A DNA stretch of 63,806 nt, counting the filler, from Collodictyon triciliatum (lineage: Eukaryota): NCBI GenBank assembly GCA_043381765.1. It is 6 parts of 6 records of this genome, joined end to end, with 100 filler letters (N's around TTAATTAATTAA, not from the genome) between each part and the next. Parts side by side here need not be neighbours in the genome. Positions count along the whole stretch, not along the records: positions 19,005 to 37,853 come from JBHJMP010001328.1; positions 37,954 to 56,805 come from JBHJMP010001329.1; 4 more parts are not named here. One strand, written 5' to 3'. The number at the start of each line of letters is the position of its first letter. Positions within the stretch are counted from its first letter, which is position 1. The notes beneath the pieces were generated by a model, which had not been told where the DNA came from, did no database searches, and saw only the letters and a program-made list of their open reading frames with translations. Both the position numbers and the translations under genes were made by a program. Shown here piece by piece: positions 33,701 through 54,205 of this stretch.

Positions 33701-36700
33701 NNNNNNNNNNNNNNNNNNNNNNNNNNNNNNNNNNNNNNNNNNNNNNNNNNNNNNNNNNNNNNNNNNNNNNNNNNNNNNNNNNNNNNNNNNNNNNNNNNNN
33801 NNNNNNNNNNNNNNNNNNNNNNNNNNNNNNNNNNNNNNNNNNNNNNNNNNNNNNNNNNNNNNNNNNNNNNNNNNNNNNNNNNNNNNNNNNNNNNNNNNNN
33901 NNNNNNNNNTGAAAGACATGAAACAGCAAATTCATCAGTATGTGGAGCGCAACGCGCAATTAGAACAAGAGTTGCAACAGAATATGAGAAGCATGTTGGG
34001 AGAACAGTTAGGGAATCGACTGAGACAAGGAAGCGGTATCCATGTTATTTCTTCAAATCCGGAAGATTTGCATCAGTATACTAAACTACCGCCAGCGGTA
34101 ATGACCTTTGGGTTATCGTCAAACTTGCGTCAAATGGATACTGAGTCGGAAGAGGTCGGTTATGCGGTGATGTTTCTTTCGAATGTGCAATTAGTGATTT
34201 GTTCTCTCCTTAACTGACAAGTTTTTTAACGTATTTATCTCGTGCATGGTATTCGCACTTGATAGAGCCTTGTTAATCACTGACTTTTGCAACTGTAGAG
34301 CGAACTGGTAGAGAATGGGACACAAACGGAACACATTATGGTGAGAAAAAAAAAATCCATATTAATCAGAATTCAAAAATCATACAAATGGTGTGACCCT
34401 ATGAGTAAAAATAGGTCAATATTGAGAATGAAACCATCCCAGCTGACATTAGCACGGCCATCAGGTACTAGATACTTTTCGATCGAAAACATACAAAAAA
34501 AAAAGCTCTATAACATGCAATTATGAATGATATTCTAACCCAAAACTAATCCTTGTGCCATATGTACATACAACCAGCTACCTGAATGCCAGAAACTCGG
34601 TGTCCTCTGCCAGTTCCCATAACTCAAACACAGCACTCGAAGGCTCTCAATATATGACTAAAGTTGTAGGCAAGCCTTTGGAAGCTAATGAGAACGACTC
34701 TCTTGAAACTTCACAGAATAGTGACATCCTTAGTGCTCACAGAAAAGAAGTAATAAACTCATTGGCTTTGATTTTGATTTATAATCGATGAATTTATTCA
34801 ATTTTTTTGGGCCGATATAGCTAGAGAAGGCTTACAAGGAAGTCGGAAGGCTTGTTTCTATAATGCGGGAAAAAGATCGATATGTGGATGAGAAAGATAG
34901 GGTAATTGATTGAATTGCAAGTCAAAAAAAAAAAACAGTTTTCATATACGAACACATCAATATAATGACTTTTCTTAATTAAAATCTGTAATTAGAAAAT
35001 AAGTGCATTAGAAGATGCGATGAAACAAAATGCATTAATTATTCAGCATCTGGAGAAAAAAATGATTGAGCTTACAACAATCGAGCTTCCGAAGTATTTC
35101 GATTGCTGCCTATCAAAGACATATATACACTAATGTAGAACCGGATATGCCAAACTCGAATATTCATCTTTCTGTATTAATGTCTTTTTTTTTTTTTTTT
35201 TTTTTTTCTTTTTATTTTTTTTTTTTTTTTTTTTTTTATTCTTCCTTTCAATTTTGTGCAGGATAGTGGAGATTCTGTATTAATGTCTTAATGTATTTAT
35301 TTTCTGTCGTCATTTAAGGCCTGAGCCTACACGCTTCCCGGCCCTTGGTGACAGGCCACCCACACAAGGACCACCGAGTCCAGTCTCACACTCCCAAACA
35401 AATCCAAATCGCCCTTCGATAAGAAGCTCAAAAAGTGGGCAGCAAGTGAGGGATTCGACTATCCCGTCGTCTCCAAGCCCAAAACCTATGGGTAGTGCAC
35501 CATCTCAACAAACATCAACTGCTCCTCCACAACTCCATCAGAATGCCAATGGGAAGCCTTCCTCTCCACAGAGCGCAGAAAAAGCGGAGTTGGAGAAACG
35601 ATTGAAAGAGGTGTGTGCCTTGATGCTTACCATTTGGTTAATCAATCGTCTCATTCAGCAATTTCTTTTGGATAATTTCATGAATAGAAAATATTTAGAT
35701 CAGAATACTTTCGCTTAATACTTATTTTGTTCCATCATCCCCTCAGTATGAAAAAGTTATCTCTCAGATGAAAGATATCATCAAGGCTTACGAACCAGCT
35801 ATTAAACATGATAAATTCCGCAGCTCTCATCATAATTTAGAAAATGGCGGAAAGGTATGTAGTTTAAAATTACATTTTATCTCAGACTTCTTATATCCTT
35901 CCTAATTGACAAAAATAAAAATAAAAAATCATTCGTCTTGATAAACCTAATTCCTTATTTGCTCCTTTTCTTCGCGATTTTTTCTTTTCTTTTTCCTTTG
36001 TCCTATTGAATGTATTTTTCATGTTCTGAACTTTTATGCAGGCTCATGGAGAAAATATAGCTCCACTTATCGGCCATCATATCGGTCCATCCTCAGTATT
36101 TTTTCTTTTTTCTTTTTTCTTTTTTCTTTTTTCTTTTTTCTTTTTTCTTTTTTCTTTTTTCTTTTTTCTTTTTTCTTTTTTCTTTTTTCTTTTTCTTTTT
36201 CTTTTTCTTTTTCTTTTTCTTTTTCTTTTTCTTTTCTATTCAATTTGTAGACGTTGTGACGGGGGACCATACACATGTGTAGTTGAACTGAATATATATG
36301 AGTGCACTTCTTTTTTCGATATGGAATAACATTGTGCTCTCTCGAAAGAAGAGAAACTATTTCAGCTACGGTAAAGTATGAATAGTAAAGTAATACTAAT
36401 TTTGATAACGATTTCCTTGTTCTTTCACATATTCAGAATATCTCGGAGAATACACCTACAATCGTTGATTATATGGCCCGAGATCAACACCTGCGACAAG
36501 CGAAAGTCATTAGTGCTATCAACGAATTTAATCAATCCCATCTTACACAAACGGAAGAGGAGGGAAACTCCCGAATTAATGCTTACAGATGGCCCACATC
36601 TGCATAACATGACACTAAAGAGAAAATTATTCTTAGGTTGCGTCCACTTTTAAAGTACTGGAATATCGACACAAGTCGCGACGTCTAGAAGGTAGATTAC

Positions 36701-37759
36701 CACCTCGTGTTGTGCTATGAAGATATACCATTCATTAATTTCGCTACCTAAAGTTGACTAAATCTGATAATTTTCAGAAAGCATCAAAAACCCCAAAAAA
36801 GATGAGAAATTTGATACACTTATCAAATTGTTAAAGGTGATATTGTACTATGAAAACCACGAGAATATTTATATGATTTTTCTTGGCATATTCATGTTTA
36901 TTTAATTTTTACATGGACATGACACCTGTCTTAGCGCAATATGGAGGTGAAAAGAAGATGGGAAAATCGACGCCAAGAACTAAGTGCTGAGAGAACTAAA
37001 AACTTGGAACTCATTTTGCTGGGGTAAATCTCATCAATAATTGATTAAGTATCGATCACTTTTAAATTATTTTTTTTTCTAGAGTGAAAGGGATTAAGAT
37101 ATATGAGGAGAATTTTATTTCNNNNNNNNNNNNNNNNNNNNNNNNNNNNNNNNNNNNNNNNNNNNNNNNNNNNNNNNNNNNNNNNNNNNNNNNNNNNNNN
37201 NNNNNNNNNNNNNNNNNNNNNNNNNNNNNNNNNNNNNNNNNNNNNNNNNNNNNNNNNNNNNNNNNNNNNNNNNNNNNNNNNNNNNNNNNNNNNNNNNNNN
37301 NNNNNNNNNNNNNNNNNNNNNNNNNNNNNNNNNNNNNNNNNNNNNNNNNNNNNNNNNNNNNNNNNNNNNNNNNNNNNNNNNNNNNNNNNNNNNNNNNNNN
37401 NNNNNNNNNNNNNNNNNNNNNNNNNNNNNNNNNNNNNNNNNNNNNNNNNNNNNNNNNNNNNNNNNNNNNNNNNNNNNNNNNNNNNNNNNNNNNNNNNNNN
37501 NNNNNNNNNNNNNNNNNNNNNNNNNNNNNNNNNNNNNNNNNNNNNNNNNNNNNNNNNNNNNNNNNNNNNNNNNNNNNNNNNNNNNNNNNNNNNNNNNNNN
37601 NNNNNNNNNNNNNNNNNCATTTTGCACCAATAGCTGAGCTCAAGCCCGATGGTGCATGAGATTCCAAGGGCAAATATCTCACGAAGCTCTGACATCCCTA
37701 ACGCTGCCACTGCACTTTCCACAAAGGCACAAGAGAATGTGAAGAGTTATATCAAATAA
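24780..37759 (+). CDS. Large many-exon coiled-coil/low-complexity protein of unknown family; may be more than one gene; spans two gaps
   Basis: Chain of short GT-AG exons with heptad-like content (e.g. MSELEVLVQELRVQKQSL, LEKAYKEVGRL) and one ~1.4-kb S/E/K-rich exon at ~29678-31098; ends are uncertain. Confidence 0.55.
24945..25018. repeat. Intronic (TGTGAT)n
   Basis: Visible. Confidence 0.9.
35170..35289 (-). mobile_element. Short poly(A)-tailed insertion flanked by 17-bp direct repeats (candidate target-site duplication) within an intron
   Basis: TTCTGTATTAATGTCTT at 35170-35186 and 35273-35289 brackets a poly-T tract plus ~35 nt of unique sequence. Confidence 0.6.
36098..36236. repeat. 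(CTTTTT)n simple repeat
   Basis: Visible. Confidence 0.9.
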
Positions 37760-37777
37760 ACCCACTAACCCAACCGT

Positions 37778-37853
<76 letters not shown>

Positions 37854-37897
37854 NNNNNNNNNNNNNNNNNNNNNNNNNNNNNNNNNNNNNNNNNNNN

Positions 37898-37909
37898 TTA
37901 ATTAATTAA
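37898..37909. other. Artificial contig linker
   Basis: TTAATTAATTAA between N runs. Confidence 0.97.
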
Positions 37910-37953
37910 NNNNNNNNNNNNNNNNNNNNNNNNNNNNNNNNNNNNNNNNNNNN

Positions 37954-38063
37954 AAAACAATAAAACAATAAAACAATAAAACAATAAAACAATAAAACAA
38001 TAAAACAATAAAACAATAAAACAATAAAACAATAAAACAATAAAACAATAAAACAATAAAACA
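37954..38063. repeat. (AAAACAAT)n at contig start
   Basis: Visible. Confidence 0.9.
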
Positions 38064-38131
38064 AGATACCAAAGAAAAATGAATCAAACGATAATCCAGA
38101 CATGCTCTTTTCTTTTTCGAAAGGTAATAAA

Positions 38132-47177
<9,046 letters not shown>

Positions 47178-47608
47178 TATATTTTCGCTCGCAATGTCTT
47201 TATGTACACATAAGAACATTTTTACGTTCTTTGCTTCTATAACGGTGACACCTGAGGTAAATAAAAAAAAATAAGATAAAAAAAAAAAGCGAGCAAACAT
47301 GTTATACATTTTTATAGGATTTATTTTTCAGCGTAAATGAAATGGGAATTAATCCCTCATAGAAATTAAGAAAAGGGAAATGAAAAAGAAAAGTATGAGG
47401 CTAAGTTTCACACGTATAAACTGGGGAGTTATCAAGACATTGAAGTGTTTGCACAGTAGAGTAGATTCGCTATGATAAACACAAGGCGAACGCCATTCAC
47501 CACAAATCCATCCAAAAGGCAAAGTGACAGGAAACAAAACCATCTCTCTCTTTTTTTTTTTTTCTTCTTTTATCTTCGACAAAGTCCGAAACCACCGCCA
47601 ACATTTGC

Positions 47609-50600
47609 TTACAAGCGGGCAATAAACTTGCGCAGCTTTTCAAGACGCTGCGTGTCTTTGGCCAGCTCTTTCTTAAAGACAGCCACCTCTTCCATCACAA
47701 TCTGACGGGCTTCTTGGTCCCCACGGTCGGCTGCATTCGTGAACAAGTCCAAAGCCTTTGCAACGTCCCTGGAGACTCCTTCGCCATTGAAAAACCGCAG
47801 GCCCAAACCACACAGCGCCGCCGGATATTGCTGTTTGGCTGCGGCCTGGTACCACCTGACGCAAAGCTCCATACTCCGCTCCACGTGCAGGCCGTTTCGA
47901 TAGCAAAAACCAATCATGTACTGAGCCGACGCCAATCCACGCTTGGCCAGTTGTTCCACCAAGCGGAAGGCAAAGCGACTTCCACGCTCCACAAGAACAC
48001 TCAGCGCGTGTGATGCCTCCTCCAAATCTGCGTCCCACCCACGCCAATCGAGAACGGACCCGGCGTGGTACCACAGTATTCCGAGTGGATGGCCTGGGAC
48101 ACACAGCTCATGAAACAAGCCCATCACCTCGGCCTCCAGTTTTGCTTTAGACTCTGTGACAAACTTGGACTCTCCCTCCGACTGTGGGTGTGACTCGGTG
48201 GTTAGAATCAAGGTCAGGATTCCTAGGGCTGCCATGTTTCCGTCACGCGCATAGTTGAGCATCACTCGGGCAGCTTCGTATGGATTCTTTGGCCCGAAGC
48301 CACATCCTGTGCAACACGCCCACGCGTACACTGCTATGAAGGCGAGTCTCTGGCTCTTGGCCATCTCGAAAAAATGCACGGTGGCTGGTGTGTATTGGTG
48401 TTGGGCGGCAGTTCGCAGAAGGCCTCCAATGTCTCCGGCCTTGACAAACCAATAAACTGCCTCTGTAAAATCACCCTTAGTGATTAGTGTTTGTCCGTAG
48501 TATCGGGCCTGTTCTGGTCGACACCAAGCCGCTTCTTTCATGTCCTTGTATAGATCAGCCATGGGTGGTGTCGGCATTTCCACAACATCGTCGCTTACCG
48601 CTCCTGAGCGGTACAATAATCTCTGCGCGTCTGGAGAAATGACTGTAGCTGAGTTCATCTTGGCCAACGAGCATCTGAATCGTCGTTTTCCAGAAAATTG
48701 ATGAACGATTTTGGGAACAGGGATATCTATGCGCAGGCCAGGAACAGGGAACCCAACTTCTGTCTGGGGATCAACATACAAGGCGGGCGCCGAGCCTCGG
48801 ATTTGGTCGATTCCGCAGTCAAGAACAGTTATCACACCATCAGACCCTCCTACAGCCATCCACAGATTCCCTGAATTCCAAAATGTCAGCGAAAGACACC
48901 TCAGCTCGCTCTGAAAGGGTCCTATTCGCTGGACTTCGTGCCCTGAAACCATGTCCCACCACCGTGCAGTCCGATCTTTACTGCATGATACAAGAAAGAC
49001 AGCCTCTGAGTGGAACCGAAACCATGACAACTTACTAACATCATGTGCGTGAGTTTCGCAGATAAAGTAAATAACTCCGGTGTAAATGTCCCAAACACGG
49101 ATGGTGTTGTCTTGACTCGCTGATGCTACAAGGTACTCGCCATCGGGGCCTCTAAGACTGATCACATCGAGGATGACATCGCTATGCCCGATGAAAATCC
49201 GAACCTCCTCACCAGAGTATATATCCCATAGGCGAACTGTTTCATCCTGGGTTCCAGTTGCGAGCCACAGAGCGTCCTGCTCACCTTTTACAAAGCTCAT
49301 GCACAAAATATTCGATTTATTGCCAACCACGGTTGACTGTAGAATATGGCCATCTTTTGCGTCCCATACATAAAACAACCCATCGAGTCCGCCCGTTGCA
49401 ACCAGTGTATGTCCATCCCAAGTTCTTTCAGAACAAACTGATTTAACTTCGTCTGTATGGTCATGTTTTTCCATTATTACCCGATAGTCTTGAAGCCGAA
49501 ACATACGAACCAATCCATCGTTGTAAGACACAGCTAGACATCTGTCATCTTCTTGGTTGAATTCTACCACGCACACAGCCAGGGGTTTCCGTTGATCTCT
49601 ATGCATCCAAGCTAAAGTTCCGTTATGAAGGCTCCATATGCGAACAGTAGAGTCATCCCCACAGCTCACCATTAAATTGTGTTTTCCCTCGCTATCCTTC
49701 CATGGGATGAAAAGCACGCAGTTGACCGGTCCTATGTGTCCGATATTCGATTCAAAATGGAGCTGATTGGAGAATGAATGGAACTGAACTTCTCCAGATA
49801 TCCCAGCGCAGGCAAAATAAGGTGTATTCTTCATCAATACTGGGTCTGACAATGACGATACACCGTCTTCCTGCACATGAAAGACATTTTTGCACTTTGC
49901 TGATGACCACTCCCACTCACGAACAGTGCCATCCTCGCTTGCTGATAACACGACAAGTTCACCTAGGGCATTTGCAATCACCTTCACACAGACTACATCC
50001 TTTGTGTGGCCATAAAAAATGCGCTCATCTTTTTGGTTTTGTACATTCCATGAGCGTACAGCTCCATCGCCACTTCCAGAAAATACAAGAAAGGTATTCG
50101 TATGATATTCTACTATACAATCCAAAGTGCGAATTTCATCATAATGTCCCCGAAACACACATACCTCGCGCAACATTGTTAAATCCCAGATTCGGACGGT
50201 TCGATCGCTCCCTCCTGAGGCCACAAAAATATGTTTTTCAGGGCTCATCCAAACTGACAAAGCAAGAACAGCACCCAAGTGGCCTTTCAGAGTTCCCTTA
50301 ATTTTCAGAGAAAATGGGTCGACAACTTGAATAAGCCCATCCTCACCAGCGGAGACTATGATCGGTGATTGAGGAAGTAAGCGAACTGTTTCAACAGCTC
50401 GGATGGCGCCTTGATGCACATCAATGATTATCGATGGTTGCCGCTCGTGATCTCTCCAAACACTCACAGTGCCCTCTTCAGAGCCGATGGTGACAGACAA
50501 CAAATGTTTCTCCTCGTCGACAGATTTTTTTGGCAATGACAGGCTTCCGATTGTTATATTAGTTGCCTGTGTTGCAACACCAGTTTTCATTTCATAAACT

Positions 50601-53600
50601 ATAGATGAATCACCTAAATCCCATACCGATATCACGCCGTCTGTAGAAACACATATCAGGCGATCGTGTTCTGAGATGTGGCTATATAGTTTTAAGGTCA
50701 AGATTCGGCGAGGCGGCTGACTGTATAAAGGGGAAAGAAGACCGAAATCGATTCCCTCCATGTTTGCGTTACAAAAATTGGACTCTGTTATCCCAACGCA
50801 ATTCATGAGGCAGTTTCTGAGGTCTGCTTGCCTGAAATCAGAGCCTTCAAATAATCCATTCGACAGGTCTGCACCCTGAATTCGAACCCCCTTTAGGTCT
50901 TGCCCAGAAAAACTGACTCCAGCCAGGTTGAGGATTGTTATTGCTTCAGATCCATAGTTTGAATTACTTGACATACTCTTGGAATCATGCACAGTGGACA
51001 TCAATTGTTCTCTGTAGGCCAGGTCAACCGATGCTCTGGAAATAAGCCTTGATAAGTGATGTCGGCGCTTGTAGAAAGCCTTCATGTGGGTATTTGCTTC
51101 TTTCATCTGCTTATTCCACGTTCGAGTGACAGATTTTCGATTCGAGTATATTGGCCTATTACAAGATATTGGGCGGGCCAAAGGCAGTAACATCTCATGA
51201 GACAAAGTTTCACATTCATCTAAAAAGTAATGGTATAATACTTTGTGTGTAAATTCGTAGCAATCCTTGCTCGTTTCTGTTACAAAAGATAGGCGACGAA
51301 TCCAAGTGGACGATGCATCTAACCCAGTAAGAATGGAGAGAATCTCATCGTGGGCACTATTGCTATCATCTGATGGCAAAGGGAGAACAAGCGATTTGCC
51401 ATTCATACTCTTAATTGTTTTGGCTAATGCTGCACAAAATCTAAATGTACCGGATACTATGTCCGTATCCGACTCTTTTTTGAGCATATGGTACGATTCA
51501 CAATCAATTTCTTTACTCAAGGTATCCTCTAAGTAGACTTTCAGTATATTGCAGAGTTTTTGGTTACGATTTGTGTTCTCAGGCGACGAAAGTGCTGTTT
51601 TAGAATAAATTTCAGGGTATTGGTTCGCGAACACTCTAAGAAATTCTGGACAAAAAGACAGTGATTGGAGTTGGTGAAGTTGATCCAAGCTTTGTTCATA
51701 TTCATCAACGGAATTCCATCCTTTTCTCTGCTCAGTAATTTCTCTCTTTCCATTCTTGCACTCGATATATGTAGAAAAAAACGACAGTCTCTGCTCACGG
51801 GTAAATGATGACAGTTGAAAGAACGGTACATCATCGATTAGATTGCCATTCAGCTTCGCAAGAGATGCTTTTATTTTTTGTATTTGATTCCAATTCTCTG
51901 ACCTAGATAGTAAAACTAACTGTGTATTCCACCCATCGATGTGCTCTGATAATTGTTCCATGATATGGTTTTGATTATGCTCATCACATTGGTCCATAAT
52001 GATGATAAACCGCCAGCTTTCCTTCTTCATGAGGCTGATCTGAGCATCAGAGAATGGCATGGAATAATTAAAATCGCCATTTTTGGGGCTTTCTCGAAGG
52101 AGATAATCCATCATGTTTACTTTTTTTGGGACAGAAGATATAGACGTGTATAGTGGGATGGCTCTGGTGGTCGGATAAATATTCCAAAGATTTTTTAGCA
52201 GGGAATGCGCTAGAATTGTTTTTCCAGCACCTCTTGAGCCAATTATAAGAAAGTAGCGGTTTTGAGAATCTTGCAAAGAAGTTGACAGAAATTCTTGCGC
52301 GTCATAAATCTTTTGCGTTTCTGGACTGTACATGTCTAGAGGAATATATGTTTCAAGAAGTGAGTGAAAGTAACGGCTGTATATCGGATGCGTGGCCATG
52401 TCGGCTATGATTTGTTCGACAGTCTCCTTTTGAAATCCGCTGCGATCAAACAGATTGTTTCTGGGTTCATCAACGGGTTTGGTCTCTCTTACAACCATCA
52501 TATGTTGAATTGACCGGGCCTTATTTTGCAAATTCTTGTGTTGGAAGTATTTTTTTGAAGACAACACATCTAGAGTCTCCCATAGATGTCTTTTTTCTGC
52601 TGACTTTTTGGACCACTCGAATAAATGCCAAATAGAGTCGCAAATATGGTGAGCTAGTATCACGGGGACATGATTATCTAGTATTTTCTCAATAAAAATC
52701 AATACTGAAGATGGCTGAATTCGAAGGTAAAGACGGATTGAAAACAGACTGATATACCACATGCGCCTACGAGTTGAGTCACTATGATTTCTCAAAAGAC
52801 TGCTAATCATGGCATCTATAGTACATATTGACTTTTCATCAAGTGGTTGATTGTAAGTCAAGGATTTATCGTTAAAAATCACGCCGACATAAGACAAAAT
52901 TGATTGAAATAAGCCAACATCACTGGTCAGGTAGAAAAGACTCTGCAGGAAAAATTCTCGCCTACATTTGAGCTGAAATAACTCTGGTGGATCTACTTCC
53001 ACACTACTTTCATTTAAGATTGAGTTTCTCCATGCAAACTGCACCTGGTTTTGTATTGTTTCTAGTTTATCATGAGGAACATGGAAATCTCCATGAGTGG
53101 CTAGATGGAACAGAATATTCGAGCTTGTTATCAAAATTGATTTTTCATCAGAGCTATCATCAGCTAATACCGATGGGGTTGATGCAAAGAGGGCCAGGGT
53201 GATGTCTCTCTGGACAGATGGTGATATGAAGCCAAAACTAGCATTTTGAAGGATGTATAGAACCAAGCCCCATAACTTGGTAGAAGACACAGAATTCGTC
53301 CTTATTTTGCTTACCAAGGAGCTCAGGAGAAAATTCAGTACATCATCGTGCTTTATATGCGCTATCTGACTCAGTTCATCCAACATATCTTCTGACATGT
53401 TCATTTCGCAGCTAGCGATGAACAAACAACGGAGCACACGGCGGAGGGTGACCTCGAATTTTTCTTGATTTGATTCGTATGATGGTAGGATATTGACTAA
53501 ATCGGCTATGGATTTCATCTCACTCGGCTCCTTGATTACGTGAGTGACCGAATCCCTGAAATTTGGAGATGCAGGGCGGCTAATCATGCATTGTGGGAGG

Positions 53601-54205
53601 TTTTCTGTTGGTTGGGGGCCGACTTTTGTGGACTGATTTTTGTCTTGCGTGGCTTGTATGGCACTCTTTGATGCGGGCTGTATTAGCTCTGCATTACTCT
53701 TTGAGGAACCCTCGTCGCCTGTGCTCTGGGTAATCGGGACTACTTGCGATTTTCTTGAACGATTTTTGCTGGCTCCACATCCACCTCCCAATAGAACCAC
53801 CCGATGTGAAAAAGAAGCCTCGAGTTTGCATTCCCCTTCTGCCACATTGCGAATAATCGCTCCTATATGATATCCATCGTCTGAATGTTTTTGGCTCTCG
53901 TAGCGGTGCATTTTCTTTGGTTGTGCCGTAGCAAGAATATCAAAAAGGCTGATTCCCGAACTCAAAATAATCTGTGTGACCGGAGAGAAGTGTTGGAGTT
54001 GAGAGCTCTGGAAACTTTCTTCAGAAAATAGTGGCTCTGCAAAAAAAGCCACATGTGTGGTGCCATGCATTCCTTCTGTTTGTTTTGGTGATAAACTATT
54101 GTAGTTTTCGATAACATATAATCTATGTGACTCGCAGTGGACATTGACAGGGATTGCGGTAGGGATATTTGGAGCGTGCTTAGGACAATATATTGCTGAC
54201 TCCAT
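47609..54205 (-). CDS. NACHT - pentapeptide - WD40 - Sel1-like repeat protein (NLR-like), 2198-aa uninterrupted ORF
   Basis: ETYIPL pre-NACHT motif, Walker A FLIIGSRGAGKT, Walker B FIIIMDQCDE, YEFTHKVLYHYF, AITILN..FSGQDLKGVRIQGADLS pentapeptides, multiple GH..WD repeats, Sel1 repeats (AQYMIGFCYRNG; ALCGLGLRFFNGEGV). Confidence 0.93.
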   Translation of the reverse strand: MESAIYCPKHAPNIPTAIPVNVHCESHRLYVIENYNSLSPKQTEGMHGTTHVAFFAEPLFSEESFQSSQLQHFSPVTQIILSSGISLFDILATAQPKKMHRYESQKHSDDGYHIGAIIRNVAEGECKLEASFSHRVVLLGGGCGASKNRSRKSQVVPITQSTGDEGSSKSNAELIQPASKSAIQATQDKNQSTKVGPQPTENLPQCMISRPASPNFRDSVTHVIKEPSEMKSIADLVNILPSYESNQEKFEVTLRRVLRCLFIASCEMNMSEDMLDELSQIAHIKHDDVLNFLLSSLVSKIRTNSVSSTKLWGLVLYILQNASFGFISPSVQRDITLALFASTPSVLADDSSDEKSILITSSNILFHLATHGDFHVPHDKLETIQNQVQFAWRNSILNESSVEVDPPELFQLKCRREFFLQSLFYLTSDVGLFQSILSYVGVIFNDKSLTYNQPLDEKSICTIDAMISSLLRNHSDSTRRRMWYISLFSIRLYLRIQPSSVLIFIEKILDNHVPVILAHHICDSIWHLFEWSKKSAEKRHLWETLDVLSSKKYFQHKNLQNKARSIQHMMVVRETKPVDEPRNNLFDRSGFQKETVEQIIADMATHPIYSRYFHSLLETYIPLDMYSPETQKIYDAQEFLSTSLQDSQNRYFLIIGSRGAGKTILAHSLLKNLWNIYPTTRAIPLYTSISSVPKKVNMMDYLLRESPKNGDFNYSMPFSDAQISLMKKESWRFIIIMDQCDEHNQNHIMEQLSEHIDGWNTQLVLLSRSENWNQIQKIKASLAKLNGNLIDDVPFFQLSSFTREQRLSFFSTYIECKNGKREITEQRKGWNSVDEYEQSLDQLHQLQSLSFCPEFLRVFANQYPEIYSKTALSSPENTNRNQKLCNILKVYLEDTLSKEIDCESYHMLKKESDTDIVSGTFRFCAALAKTIKSMNGKSLVLPLPSDDSNSAHDEILSILTGLDASSTWIRRLSFVTETSKDCYEFTHKVLYHYFLDECETLSHEMLLPLARPISCNRPIYSNRKSVTRTWNKQMKEANTHMKAFYKRRHHLSRLISRASVDLAYREQLMSTVHDSKSMSSNSNYGSEAITILNLAGVSFSGQDLKGVRIQGADLSNGLFEGSDFRQADLRNCLMNCVGITESNFCNANMEGIDFGLLSPLYSQPPRRILTLKLYSHISEHDRLICVSTDGVISVWDLGDSSIVYEMKTGVATQATNITIGSLSLPKKSVDEEKHLLSVTIGSEEGTVSVWRDHERQPSIIIDVHQGAIRAVETVRLLPQSPIIVSAGEDGLIQVVDPFSLKIKGTLKGHLGAVLALSVWMSPEKHIFVASGGSDRTVRIWDLTMLREVCVFRGHYDEIRTLDCIVEYHTNTFLVFSGSGDGAVRSWNVQNQKDERIFYGHTKDVVCVKVIANALGELVVLSASEDGTVREWEWSSAKCKNVFHVQEDGVSSLSDPVLMKNTPYFACAGISGEVQFHSFSNQLHFESNIGHIGPVNCVLFIPWKDSEGKHNLMVSCGDDSTVRIWSLHNGTLAWMHRDQRKPLAVCVVEFNQEDDRCLAVSYNDGLVRMFRLQDYRVIMEKHDHTDEVKSVCSERTWDGHTLVATGGLDGLFYVWDAKDGHILQSTVVGNKSNILCMSFVKGEQDALWLATGTQDETVRLWDIYSGEEVRIFIGHSDVILDVISLRGPDGEYLVASASQDNTIRVWDIYTGVIYFICETHAHDVSKLSWFRFHSEAVFLVSCSKDRTARWWDMVSGHEVQRIGPFQSELRCLSLTFWNSGNLWMAVGGSDGVITVLDCGIDQIRGSAPALYVDPQTEVGFPVPGLRIDIPVPKIVHQFSGKRRFRCSLAKMNSATVISPDAQRLLYRSGAVSDDVVEMPTPPMADLYKDMKEAAWCRPEQARYYGQTLITKGDFTEAVYWFVKAGDIGGLLRTAAQHQYTPATVHFFEMAKSQRLAFIAVYAWACCTGCGFGPKNPYEAARVMLNYARDGNMAALGILTLILTTESHPQSEGESKFVTESKAKLEAEVMGLFHELCVPGHPLGILWYHAGSVLDWRGWDADLEEASHALSVLVERGSRFAFRLVEQLAKRGLASAQYMIGFCYRNGLHVERSMELCVRWYQAAAKQQYPAALCGLGLRFFNGEGVSRDVAKALDLFTNAADRGDQEARQIVMEEVAVFKKELAKDTQRLEKLRKFIARL

